Below are positions 62,183-64,000 of a stretch of DNA of 64,000 bases, one piece after another. Both the position numbers and the translations under genes were made by a program. The notes beneath the pieces are model-generated. The model did not search any database. It saw nothing but the letters and a program-made list of their open reading frames with translations, and was not told the DNA's origin. Source of the stretch: Penicillus capitatus (lineage: Eukaryota; Plantae; Chlorophyta); assembly GCA_965649825.1 (NCBI GenBank), contig OZ287695.1:2035288-2099287 (forward strand). The letters are read 5' to 3'. Numbering within the stretch: the stretch's first letter is position 1; each line of letters opens with the position of its first letter.

Positions 62183-63358
62183 CAGTTAGAGTCTCTTGCC
62201 ATCTCCACTACATTGCATTTCTGCGAAGCAAACAACGTCTACAGGAATAATTCATCTGAACTCGTCTAAACCTCTTAGCTCCTCATCATTGCATACTCTT
62301 GTCCAAACGAAAAGAGAAGAGCTTATCGATTTCGATACTCTATAACTGGGAGTGTCCATGTAAGGAGTGACAAACGGTCTTCCTTTTGTTCTGACTTCAA
62401 ATCAAAGAAATGATTTCTGCGTCTGACGATCTCGTCTGACCTTCACCTCTTCTGGTATCAAATCTTGCGGACCACGATGTGTTTGCTTCTGGAAAGCAAA
62501 TGCTCTCGCTTTCTCAACGACAGACAGTCGTTTCGACGTTCAGGAAGACAAACGTGGAGTAATAGAGTGGCACAGATGCATGAACAAGCAGATGCTTGTA
62601 TTGACTAAAAGTAAAGTGTATTCGGCATATCGTCAAGATAACGGGGATGCAGAAACTTCTAAAGAGCCGTAGAGGTCATGAAAAGCCATATCCCTATGGC
62701 AACAGCATGACGTGGTGGATCCAGATGTCGCCGCTTGATGGACGTGATTGATCTTCGTCAACAATTGCCTCGGACAATCCTGGAGTTACCAAGTCCTCGG
62801 GAGTGAAAGCGACGAAGTCGACACTTCAGTCCACAGAACTTCGTCTCCTATTATAGATTCCAACGTTGTGGACGACCTGCTCCGCAACCTACTGGAGGAG
62901 CTCCGCTTGTTCTCCTTGGCGAATTTGATTGAGACGTTCCTGGAAGGTTGGATACAACGGTGGGTAAGGGACAAGCGCGCGTAGGATGTCTCGCTCGGCG
63001 TCGTGGTTGGCTAGGGTGGAAAAATGGATGCGAGACAAACGACGCTAAACAGTGTTGTGTTAAGCCAACACGCCCCTAACAATGAGCTCATCTACTTACA
63101 CTTGTGTCGATCTCCAAGCGACAGGTCGTAGGTTCGCTACACCTTCCCATCCACAAATAGACCCGCGGCTCTACGTCACAGATTCCAAGTAGATTCCGGA
63201 ATCTTCGCAGAATATTCCTTCTTTGTTACTTAAAATAAAGTACCCTATAAAAGCTTTGTGAATGTACAGATCTTGTCTTTCGTTTGTAAGGCTTTACGTT
63301 TCAAAAGGTTTACGTGCGCCCACCACTCAAATTGTTCCCATCTAAAACCCTACGCGAC

Positions 63359-64000
63359 ATGGTTTCGGAGCGAGTGCTCCCAATGCTGTTGTGGGTTCTA
63401 TGCTTTGCTACCGTCACGCACGGCGCATGGTTCGGCTGGAAGGATGGAATAGTAGAGTTACGGGATAAAACTCTAACAAGCATCCAGAACAACATCCGTA
63501 GTGGCGAAGACTGGATTGATGGATACATCGTTAACCTCGCCCACGACTTGAATACGAAGGAACCTGTCTTGTTTCAAGAAAAAGCGACGTCCACAATTCT
63601 ATACTGTACCACAGGGAAATGTGACTCGCTGACTAACGAAATCAGGGAGGAACCAGATCTGCATAAGGGAGGTTGCTTTCTGTACATCAAACCCCCGGGT
63701 GACTATTCGGTCGACGCCGGAATGCTGCAGAAAGAGATCGCAGAATTCGTCATCGGTTGTCCAAAGGGCATTATCTTTTACGATGCCACAGACGGAATAA
63801 CCATGGGCGAAGCCAACATGATGATCAAGCTTCTTAGCGAAGGTGCCAAGATCTACTGGGACGGACGACCTATATCGACAACCGACATCTCACTTTTTCT
63901 ACTCGTCCGAGGTGAACCCCATCCTGAGAATTGGGGCCAGAAGGAACTTCTGGACACGTCTAGACAGAGAGTGTACGATCTGACATACGGAGACCCTCGA
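63359..64000 (+). CDS. Signal-peptide-bearing torsin/ClpB-like degenerate AAA+ protein; partial, runs off the window
   Basis: Uninterrupted frame from ATG 63359 to the window end (absent from the ORF track): MVSERVLPMLLWVLCFATVTHGAW...LQKEIAEFVIGCPKGIIFYDATDGITMGEANMMIKLLSEG..DGRPISTTDISLFLLV. Confidence 0.6.
   Translation, partial: MVSERVLPMLLWVLCFATVTHGAWFGWKDGIVELRDKTLTSIQNNIRSGEDWIDGYIVNLAHDLNTKEPVLFQEKATSTILYCTTGKCDSLTNEIREEPDLHKGGCFLYIKPPGDYSVDAGMLQKEIAEFVIGCPKGIIFYDATDGITMGEANMMIKLLSEGAKIYWDGRPISTTDISLFLLVRGEPHPENWGQKELLDTSRQRVYDLTYGDPR

Noticed and set aside
62200-63350. AT-richer stretch as a possible mobile element or foreign insert
   Set aside because: No terminal repeats, transposase or RT motifs seen. 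More likely promoter/UTR sequence or unresolved 5' exons of the Ig-repeat gene.

Overview
This is nuclear DNA from a gene-dense eukaryote. It uses the standard genetic code (TAA, TAG and TGA all end recognisable genes) and has very short introns, typically 44-60 nt. Gene content (nuclear plastid-type rps10, CBM20-DPE2, plastid HemA, DUF1118, BBS7) points to a green alga (Chlorophyta) with a flagellated stage; a finer lineage cannot be fixed from the sequence. About 28 spliced protein genes were reconstructed by eye, mostly housekeeping or organellar. I saw no rRNA, tRNA, CRISPR array or intact mobile element. Highlights: (1) three secreted, intron-containing paralogues of a bacterial-type vanadium-dependent haloperoxidase (VHPO) family within 25 kb, all retaining the vanadate-binding motifs; (2) operon-like packing, most extremely a SpoU methyltransferase stop separated from a RecA start by 2 nt (TAG-CC-ATG); (3) an organellar RecA with its filament-interface residues replaced; (4) a stand-alone RAMA-domain protein; (5) a 9-mer (GTCACATCA) found 13 times, only in introns and spacers and in both orientations; (6) a secreted torsin-like pseudo-AAA+ ORF running off the window end. 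Family assignments come from remembered motifs, not database searches. Exon boundaries and start codons are manual inferences.
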